Assembly (NCBI RefSeq): GCF_902652985.1
Contig: NC_047016.1
Location: forward strand, 35,526,001-35,590,000
Length of the DNA: 64,000 nucleotides
Direction: 5' to 3'
DNA from: Pecten maximus
Lineage: Eukaryota
Position 1 is the first letter of the stretch. Every line of letters begins with the position of its first letter. The notes beneath the pieces are model-generated. The model saw nothing but the letters and a program-made list of their open reading frames with translations. It had not been told where the DNA came from and searched no databases. Below are positions 1 to 12,399 of the stretch, in pieces. The position numbers were made by a program, and so were the translations under genes.

Positions 1-196
1 TTTTTGGTGCTGAATTCAATACAAGATGGTGGCCTCCATATAAAAAAAGTTCAAATCGGTAGAATTTTCAATCATTTTATTTACAGGTTTCCGAGATGAC
101 ATTCTTCAAAATTATGGCTAGTGGACTAGTGTTGAAAACGACAGTGGTAAACGTCAACATTATCGTCTAACGGAAATAATTTGGTTTCGTGGTTCC

Positions 197-400
197 TATA
201 TGCTATATAATAATCTTTATTGGAGTTGGCAGAAACTTTATATGCTATATAACAATCGTTATTGGAACTATCAGAAACTTTAAATAATATATACTAATCT
301 TCATTGGATCTATCAGAAACTTTTTACGGTATATAATAATTTTTTAGAGTTAGAAGAAACTAATAATCATTATTGGAACTAACAGAAACTGTATATGATA
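197..400. repeat. degenerate ~42-bp minisatellite (~5 copies)
   Basis: Recurring TATAATAATCTTTATTGGA...CAGAAACTT at ~42-bp spacing. Confidence 0.7.
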
Positions 401-835
401 GGTTTTTTTCGTTTTGCATTACATTGATGTCTCCAGAACTCGTTATGTTTTAAAAAAAGTGTTAGAAGCGTCACCATGCTGTGTTTAAATTACCAATGTC
501 AAGTGTTAATGTCATGCAATCCATTTCCTCCATTAGATAATAACAATAACAAGGAGAAAGTCGAAATTCAAACTTGCCACTTAACGACATCTTGGGAATT
601 TAACCAAATTAGAGATAAAGGTAAAACTAGAAATTCCCTGACGTATAAGACAGCGATAAAAAAAATAGCAAAATACCTGGACACCTCTATCACATGCAAA
701 CTGTATACTTGTAGCTATATGTAAAAAACGTCTTATCAAATGATTATCGTAAAATCCATGTTCAGAATATTATAAAAACGGAGTTCTGATTGCTTATGGA
801 AGTATGAATGAATTTTCTGTACAATTCTTTAATTT

Positions 836-3715
836 TTACAAATCTGGTTTTGGTTTCCTAAAATAATGAAGCGCATTTGCAGCTGTCAAAATCAAACCAC
901 CACATAACATGGACGATCCTCCCAAATAAAATCCGCCCCCAAAGTGACCGGATACATCCTTCATGGCACCTGAAAAAAAGTTTCAGAAAACAAACATCAA
1001 ACAGACGTGTAAGCCTTAAATTACATTGTAAAGTTATACCCATTCTCACCCGATAATAATAGTATACCTATGTGCTTATTTTAATAGACAATCAAATAAC
1101 AAATCAAACATGACTGTAATCTTCTAGCATCAGTTACATTGGTATATATCGTATGTTTCGAATATATGCAGAAGTTGCTTTCTCAAACGCATTTTAAACC
1201 ATTTAACGTATACTAGTAATTAGAAACAATTCTTTCCTTCTTAGTGGAAAACAATAGTCTTAATACACCACACACAAAATACTTACCGGCGATTGGTGGA
1301 CCAATAAACATCCCAATTCCTTGGAAACAAATCAATAAACCAAAGGAACTGGAGAGATTGTCCACTCCTAGGATGTCGACGATAATAACAGACTTCTGCG
1401 ACATGTATGCACCAACCAGTAGTCCGTAAACACCACACATCACGCTTAGGGGACCAAATGTGTCAATATTTGGTACTATGAATGACGTCAGTCCAATAAA
1501 GAACATAACGATATTGTATAAGTATATCCGGTACTTTTTGACATGTTTTAAATCAAGTACAATTCCTGAAAGTATTCTACCTATACCATCAAAAATTCCA
1601 GCGATAGAAACGGCATACGACGCCTGTAGATCGCTCATTCCTTTTGATTTAGCGTAGGGAGGTATAAATACAAATGCGATTTGGAACGATGCAGTAAATA
1701 ATAAAATAGCTACACAAAAACATAGAAAACGAAAATCTTTTAACAGTGACAGGTCAATAAATTTCTTAGTCTTGGTTTTGGATTTACGGGAAGAAACTGA
1801 TAATCTATTTTCAGCCTGCTTTGGTTTATTGGTGTTTGACTTCTGTTCTAATAATTCTGTTCCTGATTCCAAATCCTTTAATTGTCTTCCTCTGAAAACA
1901 GAAAAAATAGTTAAGCGAACGTAATTCACAGTCTAGTCACACAAAACATGAATTTAAGCTTTTCAAATAATTACGTCACAAACTCAATCTGACAAACAAA
2001 AAAGTGTCAAAATTCACGTTATTCCAGAAAACGTACATTAAGTTCGCCTAACAAGAAGTGATAAAACCCTTGATTTTCGTACCTTACTTGATTTGCTGCC
2101 ATTTGGGTATGAAGCCATAGAGGTCTGAAGAGGCACCCACTAATAGCAAGATTTAACATGACACCCGCAAGCAGGAGAAACGAGCCAAAATATCCATAAA
2201 CCTTGAAGAACATTTCGATCATAGTGGGGAAAAACAAGCTTCCAAAGCCTACCCCACACGTTGCCATACCGACGGCAACACCTCTTTTTTTGTTGAAATA
2301 CTCTCCAACTATAATCACAGAAGGAGCATATGCAAATAACCTTCCAACACCTGAAAAAAATGTGATAATTTATTTTAGTTTTATCGCAACAATTGTATTA
2401 AATCATAATATTAACACGTAGGCAATTTACGAATTAATCAAACTGCTACAATCGTATATACCTCCAAGGAATCCATAACTGAAGTAAGTGAAAGTGAGGT
2501 CCGGCGACAGGGCCGTCGCGATCATGCTGATAAAGACCAGAATTGATCCACTTATTGCAACAGATCGGTGGGAATATCGGTTACAAAGCGCGCTACATAC
2601 AGGCCCTACAATAGACAATTATATTGGATGTAGTAGGCATATACTGAAATGAAGATTCGGCGTGTAAAAGTATTCTGTAATAATTCAATAATAGTCCTCC
2701 TTACGAAAAACAAGTATGATTATTATTTGGTGATAACAATTCATCGACATTTCTGCAATAGACTTATCTGTGATAATAAGTTGGTTTAACCAGTTCAGCT
2801 GCAGACTGGAAGGATAACTTTCTTAATTATCGCTATTCGCATCTATTCTAAAATATTAATGGCGATTAACCAGTCCTAATAGGATACTTTGTTTCATCTA
2901 AAGTATTGTCCACACAAATACATATCAACAGCGTACAAACAGTTTAGTTGTATTTAAAAAAGCAGACTTAGTTGAAGAACGACTTGGCAAGAGTCAGAAG
3001 TCGTAGTATTGCTTAATTAGCTAATATAGATTCAGAAAATACATAATAATCCTGATTTACTAGGGAATCAATTTAATGCAAGTTGGAGAACTAGCCTACC
3101 TAGAGTCAATCGCAAACCCGATGAAAGGGAGAGTACCCATGCAGTGGCGACGGCGGACTGTTGGAATTTTTCGTCAAATTTTAGAAATAGGATACCGGAT
3201 GATCTCTCCAGCCCACCTGAAATACACATGTAGTGTCTATATCGCTAAATTAGATAATTGTATCATTGTATACATTATTTGATATTTAAATTTGAAACGT
3301 AACCAATGCAGTGTGATTATGTCGTAAATCATATGTGGTGTTCTGTGAAAATATTAAAAGTAAGGTAATTTAAAGTTGAAAGAAATTGACACAAAAGTAA
3401 CAATAGAAAGCTTTTCTGTTGGAGAAAAAAGTATCAGAAAATGTGTGTAACAATATGCATTTTAAAATTTCAAAAACAAGTATCTTACAGATATTTACCT
3501 ATAATGAGATGGACCAGCATACTTCCAAAGACAATGAACCAGCCATATCCTCCGTCAGGGGCTCGGTTAATATCCTCTTCCATCATCGTATCCTCTGTAA
3601 TATCAACATCACCTTCATCGTCATGTTCTCTTTCAATGGAGATGACCTCATTAGTTAACTTTGCCATTCCTGTGTCACTGTCGTCACTTCTTCGTGATGC
3701 TGTGCCATTGTTCAT
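836..3715 (-). CDS. SLC16 monocarboxylate transporter (MFS), paralogue 1, ~494 aa, 6 coding exons
   Basis: Exons 3715-3499, 3216-3100, 2605-2462, 2350-2083, 1891-1287, 969-836 join in frame (1485 nt) with GT-AG ends. The SLC16 signature APDGGYGW precedes TM1; other motifs are GPVCSAL, YFNKKRGVAVG, LFRP and GPPIAG. Confidence 0.9.
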
Positions 3716-5649
3716 TAAACTTTTTTGTTCAATGACCGTTTTCCTGCCTACAATGGTTTATCAATAGCGATTATTCTGCATCGTTTCTGCGTGTTAGTGA
3801 TTATTCTAAGATATTCTGGTTCTTCATTGATTCAACCGTCTTCATATACGACATCGTATTGGTCCTTGCTTTCCATTGTTTTCTGTAATTTTATATAGTT
3901 ACATAACATCTGAATTTTACATGTTTGTAATCAATGATACTAAAGAAACGGCATAAAGGATTCTACTTACTTTTGCTCTTCCCTCCACCTCTGGAATATG
4001 TAATGGCAAAATCTAAGGCACACAATTTGCATTTCAATTGAAGTCTGTAAAAAACTTCTAACCAATCGCTTAACAAGTGCATTTATCTTGAGTATGACAG
4101 AGGAGCGACAGCCAAGTTCAAAGCCGGTCATTTTAATGGTTTGACGATTTCAAGATTTGTTTGATCCATATTTGTTTTGTTTAATTCTCGAAGAGCCTGT
4201 GAACGAGCCTTCGATTTTCCTTCGACATATTCCAGAAAAGGAGAGAGCGACCGTGAACGCATCGTATCCAGGATTGGAAAATGGTTCATGGAAATGTGCA
4301 TATTTTTACACGATCTGTTGCAAAATTAACCTGAAAAATGATTGCCGCATATACGTCACTCACGATCCGCCAGCAAGTCAAAGGGACAACTGTCACAGGT
4401 TAAAGTGTAAAACATATAGTCATACAGGAATAGCTACCGTACAAGTATATTTGCCATACCAGGTCAACTTCTTTCTAGACGGTTAAAAAGGAGAACGGAC
4501 AAATGTCATGTCAAAGGTGCAGTGGTATATGTGCTATCAGTGCCATATATAGATAACTACGGTCATCAAATATAATGTGTTAATATAAATAAATTGAGGG
4601 AATTAAAATGATCAGTAAAACAGAAAAACATGCTTTATATTCCACGTAGCATTAGGCCTAGGTTAAATCCGATGGAAACAACAATAACTGATCAGAATAA
4701 AACACTGTGTCCACTTGTTCAAAAGGTGAGTAGGCTAATCAATCATAAAATCCTGATAAAATCATTTCTGGTAACACTTACTTGAAAAGCATCTTCTGTC
4801 GAACACATTTTTTTATTTGCTTCCTGCCTATTTTAAGGAATACACATACCCAGGTTTCGAAGTAAATGAGAGTTTTTACTGAACAAGTAATTAGGCTAAG
4901 CACTTTTTGAACAATTAGGTTCTGGTGTGCTTCATAACCAAATGTATACACATTGCAAGTCGAAATATAAAAATGTATTAGTTATTAAATTACTCGCGAC
5001 CTCTTATGTCAACACCTTGTAAGCATTGCAAAAAAAGAGTACAGTATAGTCAACAGAACTGTATGACAGAATCAATATAACCGTACATATACACGAACTT
5101 GATTTGAAATCCTTTGGATATACACGTGTGGTGAGGTTTTACAGCAGGCATATAATGTGTGTATAAGTATAAAAAGGTCGAATGAAATATATGTCATTGC
5201 ACTTGTCATCTTCTCTAGTGATCACACAATACATCACAGTGAGTTGAAACATTATCTAAAGCTCTATAGGTCAAAGTGGGTCACGGTTTACATATTTGAT
5301 TAATTTAGAAAGCTTTATCAGGCACTGACCCGCAGTCTATCAGCACATATGATTTCTCACAATGATGATGAATAGAAATAGAATGCACAAATGGTGATGT
5401 ATTATACATTGAAACTTCCCAAATAAAAGCCAAATAAAAGCTTTCATGTGAGCACAAAAATAAACATATCTGGGCACATAAACCCGTGTAAACTATGGTA
5501 CGGCTATAAAATTACACGTGTACACAATTGAATTTACTTAAGGCTAATACGCAAATATACGCGTATAAACAAAGCAATATTGTGATGAAGCGTCAAATTG
5601 TGGAATATTATAAATTAAAGCGTGCTCCTACCTTGCACTATATTTTTAA

Positions 5650-6336
5650 AAACTAGATACACCCCCGGTCAGACTAAAAAATGAACGGGTACAACTAGTA
5701 ACCAAGGACCATCTACATGTAAAGTTTGAGAAATATCCCTCCAGTGCTTTTAACAAAATAGCGATAACAAACTTCGGTTGTAAAAATCCAAGATCGCCAA
5801 CTGTTATCAGGATCAAGAAGATCTTGAGACCTGAGTGAATCTAGCTGTGCAGTTTCAGAAAAATCCTTCCTGTACTTCAAAAGAATTAGCGATATCAATC
5901 TTCCGCAATGCAACCGTTTCGTTTTTCTAACAAAAACTAATATTGTACTTGCACAACCAGCGATCAAAGGGAACCAACATGCGAACTTAGAAGAACATCC
6001 CTCTGTATGTTTAAGAAATAGATAACAAACTTCAACTGTCAAAAAGGAAGATGGCCGGCTGTCAGCCGTTGTTTCTCTGATTAGACTCACAATAGCTTGA
6101 AAAGTATGCCTTCGGTAATCCTCAAGAAATAGTGATAACAATTTAAATTTCTCCTCATCCAAGTTTGATGCCTGTCGGCAACGTTGTTTTACAAAACAGA
6201 TTCAAAACTGACATCTATGCATTCAGTACTTCGCATGGATTTACTATAAGAAGGATTGTTTAAGGACGAACAGACGACGGTACTCGAAAGTAGAGTGATT
6301 TAAAACGTCCAACCATCTAATGATGGTGGGCTTAAA
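5650..6336 (+). mobile_element. non-autonomous Helentron-like (HINE) element
   Basis: Internal repeats (...CATCCCTC...ATAACAAACTTC) and a 3' hairpin CCAACCATC-TAAT-GATGGTGGG followed by an A-rich end. Family assignment is by resemblance only. Confidence 0.45.
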
Positions 6337-7105
6337 TTAATAAGTACAATTGCTTTTCTTTTGACGGTCCATTTAATTTTTGAAACAAAGTCTGGTTAAT
6401 TATATATATGATACAGTACAATAACGACATGATATTCCCATCTTTGATCTTACGATCAACATCAGTATAAGTGTATAATGAATTGTTTTGCAAATACGTA
6501 TAACAATAATATAGAAATATTGTTCTAGCTATAAACATATCATTAACACACCAACATGTAACAGAAAGCTGGTCTCCCGCGCTGATTTGTGGTGCTGTAA
6601 ACATTCGTACCAAGCTTACAGTATATCAGAAACATATATTAGGTTATATATATATGTGTGTTTCTGAATATATTAAGGATCCATAATTCTTTTACAAATG
6701 ATAAGTATACTCATACTTTCGAATTTGTTTCATTACTGCGTTCGTTATAATGAGATTTGGAATTAGTGTTTCATATTAAGAAAATAATTACATCCGTTGT
6801 ATCCAACAACAAAAAAGTAGTGAAATAACGCCAACAATCTGGGGGAAGCCGTTTAAAACATGTATTTTTTCATGTTCTCGGATAAGTGATCATTCATGTC
6901 ATCTGTATTACACTGCACCCGTATAATCGAAACATTCAAAACTAATTCCCATGCACACAACACACAAACGTCATGTACTTACTTTGATTGATATTTACAT
7001 GCATGTATAAACATCTATACCCACAAAGAATATCTGTAGGAGAAGACTGATATAGGCCATGTCTGTTGTCCTACCGTTTTGTACCATTACCATTACCATT
7101 TTCTG

Positions 7106-7566
7106 AAACAAAAATGAGCTGTTTTAGAACAGCACAGCTCTTCTCGCAAATATTTGTCAATAAATGATTAAAATACATCAATTGTTATTGTTTTGCATAT
7201 TGTTTAAATACAAGTTATATGTCAAAAACATGTCAAAAGGCAGGTTTTGTCTTTCAAAACTCTTTCAGTTTAACTCCGGCATGTTATGGTCTAACCAAAC
7301 AGCGACGCTAATGTCAAATATCAGCACCCTAGCACAATTTTAAAGTAAAATGTGAATGCCTTTCAACACTCTAAAAAAATCAGCAAAAATCTTGAAGTTC
7401 GACTCCGGGAGGTGAAAGTATAACACTACATGGAGCCTAATACCAAATATCAGCATGCCTTTCCATACTTGTGCCAAAATGTTAATATTAGAAAACCAAA
7501 ACCAATGCCAAAACCGACGCCTGTGTGACAACATCAGCTCTCCTCTTCTTCGCAGAGGCGAGCTAA
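7106..7566 (+). mobile_element. non-autonomous Helentron-like (HINE) element
   Basis: 5' subterminal palindrome GAGCTG...CAGCTC and 3' hairpin AGCTCTCCTCT-TCTTCGC-AGAGGCGAGCT. Confidence 0.5.
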
Positions 7567-8162
7567 TGAAGAAACATTCAATAACATTATTATATCACAG
7601 ACAATAAGCTAATTTGTACTTATGCATGCTAAATACATGAAGTAGCGAATACATCATTAATATTACTCCCGGTCATATTTAACAATCACTATCTCATGTA
7701 TGTTGCCTTTGCGAAAATTTCACAAAATGTGACGTCATGTTTTATGTTTTGATTCTAACATCAAAACTGAATTGTTTCAACAATACTTTAAAATGCTAAT
7801 AAACAGTACGACGAAAACAGATTGATAAGATAAATAATTACAAAGTTTTTTTGTAAAATTTAAACCGGAAAAGAGTTTAATACTAGTAGGGTATCTGAAA
7901 AACGCAATTGCATATAAAATGAAATCAAAACGATACCATTTTTATATCTGTTAATGGCTACATGGAAGAATATGAAAAAAATCAGTTATTACACATACAT
8001 GTATTTGCTTTTGTAGAAATGGCTAAACGGATATTATTCACTCAGAGGTATTATAGATTCAGTTACGTCATACGTGTACGACATGCATCGTATCAAGAAC
8101 GATTTAATGAACAAAACAATAAAGATAGTAAAAATCGAATTTAAAATTCAAACAAGTATATA

Positions 8163-9589
8163 TACTGAAACGAAAAAGAAACGCAACTTCAAATTGTAGG
8201 TTTAATAAAATAATACTTGTGAGCATTATGTTTAAATTTCATATGTAATAGTTAATATTGAATATTGATGTAACATCCTTTAAATGTTTAGAGATTTTTA
8301 AGAACAGGTCACTTTGCTAGAAGGTCATGATTGGTAGTACCCTACGTGAATCCAAGTTGAAATGGCAGCAGTTTTGAAACCGTGCCCTAATATCGTGTGT
8401 GTCCTCCTCGAACAGTTATCACATCTCTAATTCTTTGTTGCATTGAGTTCATCAGGGCATTGACTTTCCGTATTGGAATGTTATTCCATTCTTGGACGAG
8501 TGCATTTAGGAACAATGTTCTGTGTCGCAAGAAAGTCTCTACAGACTCTTGCAACGTGTGGTCTCGCGTTATCTTGCTGAAAGGTTAGATGATGCTGCCT
8601 AACAAACGGCACAACATGGGGCCTAAGGATCTCATCCCGATAGCGTACGGCCGTTAAATTCCCATTGACTATCACCAAAGGCGTCTTCAAACCATGGGAG
8701 ATTCCCGCCCAAACCATAACTGATCCACCCCCAAATCGGTCGTGTTCCAAAACACAGGCGTCAGCAAAACGTTCGCCTCGACGCCGGTACACACGTTGAC
8801 GGCCATCTGCTCGAAATAACGTGAATCGAGATTCATCGGTGAAGAGCATAGACCTCCAACGTCTCATAGGAAAACGTCTGGGCATATGTGCCGTTGCCCA
8901 TTGCATACGACGTGCTCGACGTTGCGGTGTTAGTGGTAAACCAACGTACTGTCGCCTTGCACGCAAATTAGCCTCACGCAGTCTGTTGATCACTGTTTGG
9001 GGATGAATTCGACGGTTATGATTACCAATCGTATTCCTTGCCGTTTCAGCGGCCGTTAATCTCCTGTTACGCAGGTGTGCCAACCTAAGAACCCGGTCTT
9101 GACGTCGCGACGTTACGCGTGGACGTCCTGATCTCGGCTGGTCATCGACTCTTCCTGTTGCGTTAAGACGTGAAACTAATCGACTAATAGTCGATTTGTG
9201 AACTCTGAATTGTCGAGCGACGTGAAGTTGCGTGTTCCCTGCCAGAAGCATCGCTATAGCACGTCCTCTATCAACCTTTGATAACCGTGGCATAATTGTA
9301 AAAGGAATTATTGTTTGCAAAAGTATTGGCGATGATGTGGCTCAATGTTAGTGATGAATTGATACTGGTTTGAATGAAAAAAGAACGCATATGTTTGTAC
9401 AGGCACGGTTTTTGATGTTTTTACCGCGCCGGAAGTGCATAGGTCTCTAGTCACACTTGGGTGATTTTGAAGATTGGTATGGGTGTTAGGCAGGGTGCAT
9501 GTTTATTTCCGCGATTTTTATACAGATATGTATATTTAATACAAAATTAATCACAATTTTCCATGTTGCGTTTCTTTTTCGTTTCAGTA
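8163..9589 (-). mobile_element. Tc1-family DNA transposon with intact TIRs
   Basis: Perfect 25-bp TIR TACTGAAACGAAAAAGAAACGCAAC at both ends, flanked by TA. Encodes a Tc1 transposase. Confidence 0.95.
8387..9293 (-). pseudogene. Tc1 (DD34E) transposase with internal deletion and frameshift
   Basis: HTH N-terminus, GRPR, FTDESRF and FQQDNARPH are present. After NIVP the WPxxSPDLxPIE segment is missing, and the C-terminus (LVQEWNNIP...RGGHTRY*) continues in another frame. Confidence 0.9.
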
Positions 9590-11160
9590 TATATACCGGT
9601 ATATGGAAATTAAAATGTCTTTCCAAATTAATGAAACAAAATTACATAACAGGCCAAAACGTGACCATGAAGCAAGCCTGGTAGAAAAATTTAATCGAAA
9701 TACTCCAATGCATATACATAGTTTTAGTTAACATCTACATAAACCCACGCATTAACTGTTTCATTGTTAAAATGACTTTTGGTCATCATTATTATAAACA
9801 TAGCAACATAAATATGTAACAGCAAAAATAATTCTCTTATCTATGTTATACATGTTATATATGATATTTGATTTCATGTGATGCAAGACAATTCAATAGT
9901 CTTAATTAAATGTATGCGTGAGAAAGCACCTCATAATATTGATGATTATGTGCATTGTATACTATTCTAAAGTATACGTTATTCACTGAAGATTGAATTA
10001 TAATACCTCGTTGTGGCAATCTTTGTGGCGTATACAGGGTGTTTTGATTTTGTTTTGTAACAAAAACATTTAATTTGATTTTTGTATTTCAATATCACAT
10101 TTCCACAATCATATACAAGTAATTTTCGCTTAATAAATGAGAACTATATTAATACAACAAGAAAACATCAATCCAATCTCACGAATGACTAAGAATCATT
10201 CTTAAAATAGTCATTTACATGCATATGTTTTAGGCCATATTTTGTACAATATAATCTTTAAGTGATGCCATAATTTTTTCATGTAAAATTCAGTACAATT
10301 TTATCTACACACACGTAAAGCAATCCCTGTATGTAACAACCATTTACAAAATCCTTAAAGAATATGACGTAAAAGATCAATAAATCATGTATAAAAATTC
10401 GTAACAGCGAGTAAACATTAATTTTAGTAAATTATGGTCATGAAATGAGCTACCTTATGCAATAATGGAGGAAGTGTCTCCATCTTATAAACAGAGTTTT
10501 GGCCAAATAATTTAAAAATAAAAACAAACAAATGATTCAATAGCATCAACAAACAATTTGAGCACAGTGACATTCTATGCAGGTACTACCTAGCAACCAA
10601 GAAACGGCATTGAATGAATAAAGGGTTGTCTTTACCTACATTGATCTCAGAACCAGGAACCCAGAATATGAACACGAATAGGATGTAGGTCCACATTCCG
10701 CCCCGTGCATTGATCGACAAAGCGCGGCAAAGGCTACAGTAGATGGATTATCGAAGTCAAAGCAAAATGCATAGAAAAGTGTACGATATTGAAAAATGAA
10801 AGTAAATTGGCAAGGTCGACAATAATGCAAAAACATATTCGAATTTACTATAAACCTTAGCATTTACACGGACAAAAAAAATGGTAAAATGTCGATCAAA
10901 GTAATATCAAAATTCATTTTATATACATGTTTTGTGTCTCCTGATGACATAAACACAACGATTTTTGATAGTTTTTATATATGACAAAGAAAGTAAACCT
11001 GAAACAGGAAAGAATGGCAAAGATCAGTGTAATCGCATTGCAGATTTCCTGCAGGCATATGTATATTTTTTGCGACATAATATTTTTCGATCATCACAAT
11101 AAATTGCCTTTATTTATCATCCTTCACGTAGTGTACGTATGACATCGTGTATTTTGAATC

Positions 11161-11965
11161 TACCGTAATCTTTAGTTGGTGAGCAAACATCGCCGTTAAA
11201 ATACTGATAGAATGATAAATTATATACTTATATCAGAGTGTGTTTTTATATTACAAAAACACCAAAATTTCACACACACACAAAAAACCCACTGAACACT
11301 GATATTGTGGTTGAACTCCGACTTCATTAACTACATGTAAAACGTAGTCTAGAAGTTAATTTAAGTTTAAAAATTACGGTCCCGAGGATCCCGGATGGTC
11401 ACCCGGAATACGTCGTACGTTATTACCCACGCTGTTGTAAGTTATGTAAGGTTACATGTATACATAGCACTTCACATCGCTTGATTCTCAAAAAGATATT
11501 TACCATAACAAAGTTGAAATCAAACAAATTATTTATTTAATTCAAACATTCAGAGCAAATAATCACCTGGAGTATAAATCATTCACAATAGACTGTCCCG
11601 AGAACTGTTCATCGGTATCAGTGTATACACACGTACGTTAATTACAATGTACGTTAACTCACAACCTATTGTAGTCCCGTCATCTTCCAGGCACCATTTA
11701 GCATGTATACAGGTACGGTAAATATAATTCAGTATGGCCAGACACCGATATCACATGAATGAATCACATGACATTTTTTGTACTGTCACATGACTCTCAT
11801 AAACAAAATGGCTACCAACATGGAAAAATCGCCGATCTGTTAACGTCATTCGCGAATTTAAAGTCATTATGAGATCAGAATTCGCGAAATTATGTATTCG
11901 CGAATAAGTCAAATTAGGTGAGTTCGCGAAATTAAGTACTCGCGAAATATAAGTGATTTACAGTA
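11161..11965. mobile_element. MITE-like element with TTCGCGAA-rich subterminal repeats
   Basis: Right end ...GATTTACAGTA preceded by about five TTCGCGAA/CTCGCGAA motifs. The left end TACCGTAATC matches only weakly. Confidence 0.4.
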
Positions 11966-12399
11966 CTTCTTTGAATGTACAAAAAGAATCAAAAACAATT
12001 AGTCCTCAATACTGTTTGATCATAAAAGGGTAATATGTAAAAATATATACATAAATGGGGATATGGGACCTGTTTCCGGTAGGAACAAGTCAAACAGGTG
12101 TATACACGCGTGGTAAAGCAAGATCATGGTAATATATCATTCAAACATAACAACGAGAAAACAGACTAAAAAACTTAACATGTTGCACACCGAACACTTC
12201 GATATGTAGGTAGAATCTTATTGGTGTAAATTTATGCACATATACACATTAATATATATATATTGTACATCACAAAACCAGTTATAATCGACAGTCAGAG
12301 AAGCACTTATTTGTACAAAAACCTTCAAATTATATTTATAAAATCATATTGATGTGTTTATGTTGATTTTGTTGCATACATCAATCCTCGTCATGTACG

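Noticed and set aside
5713-6162. 149-aa ORF
   Set aside because: Non-ATG start, lies within a non-autonomous repeat, no recognisable domain.
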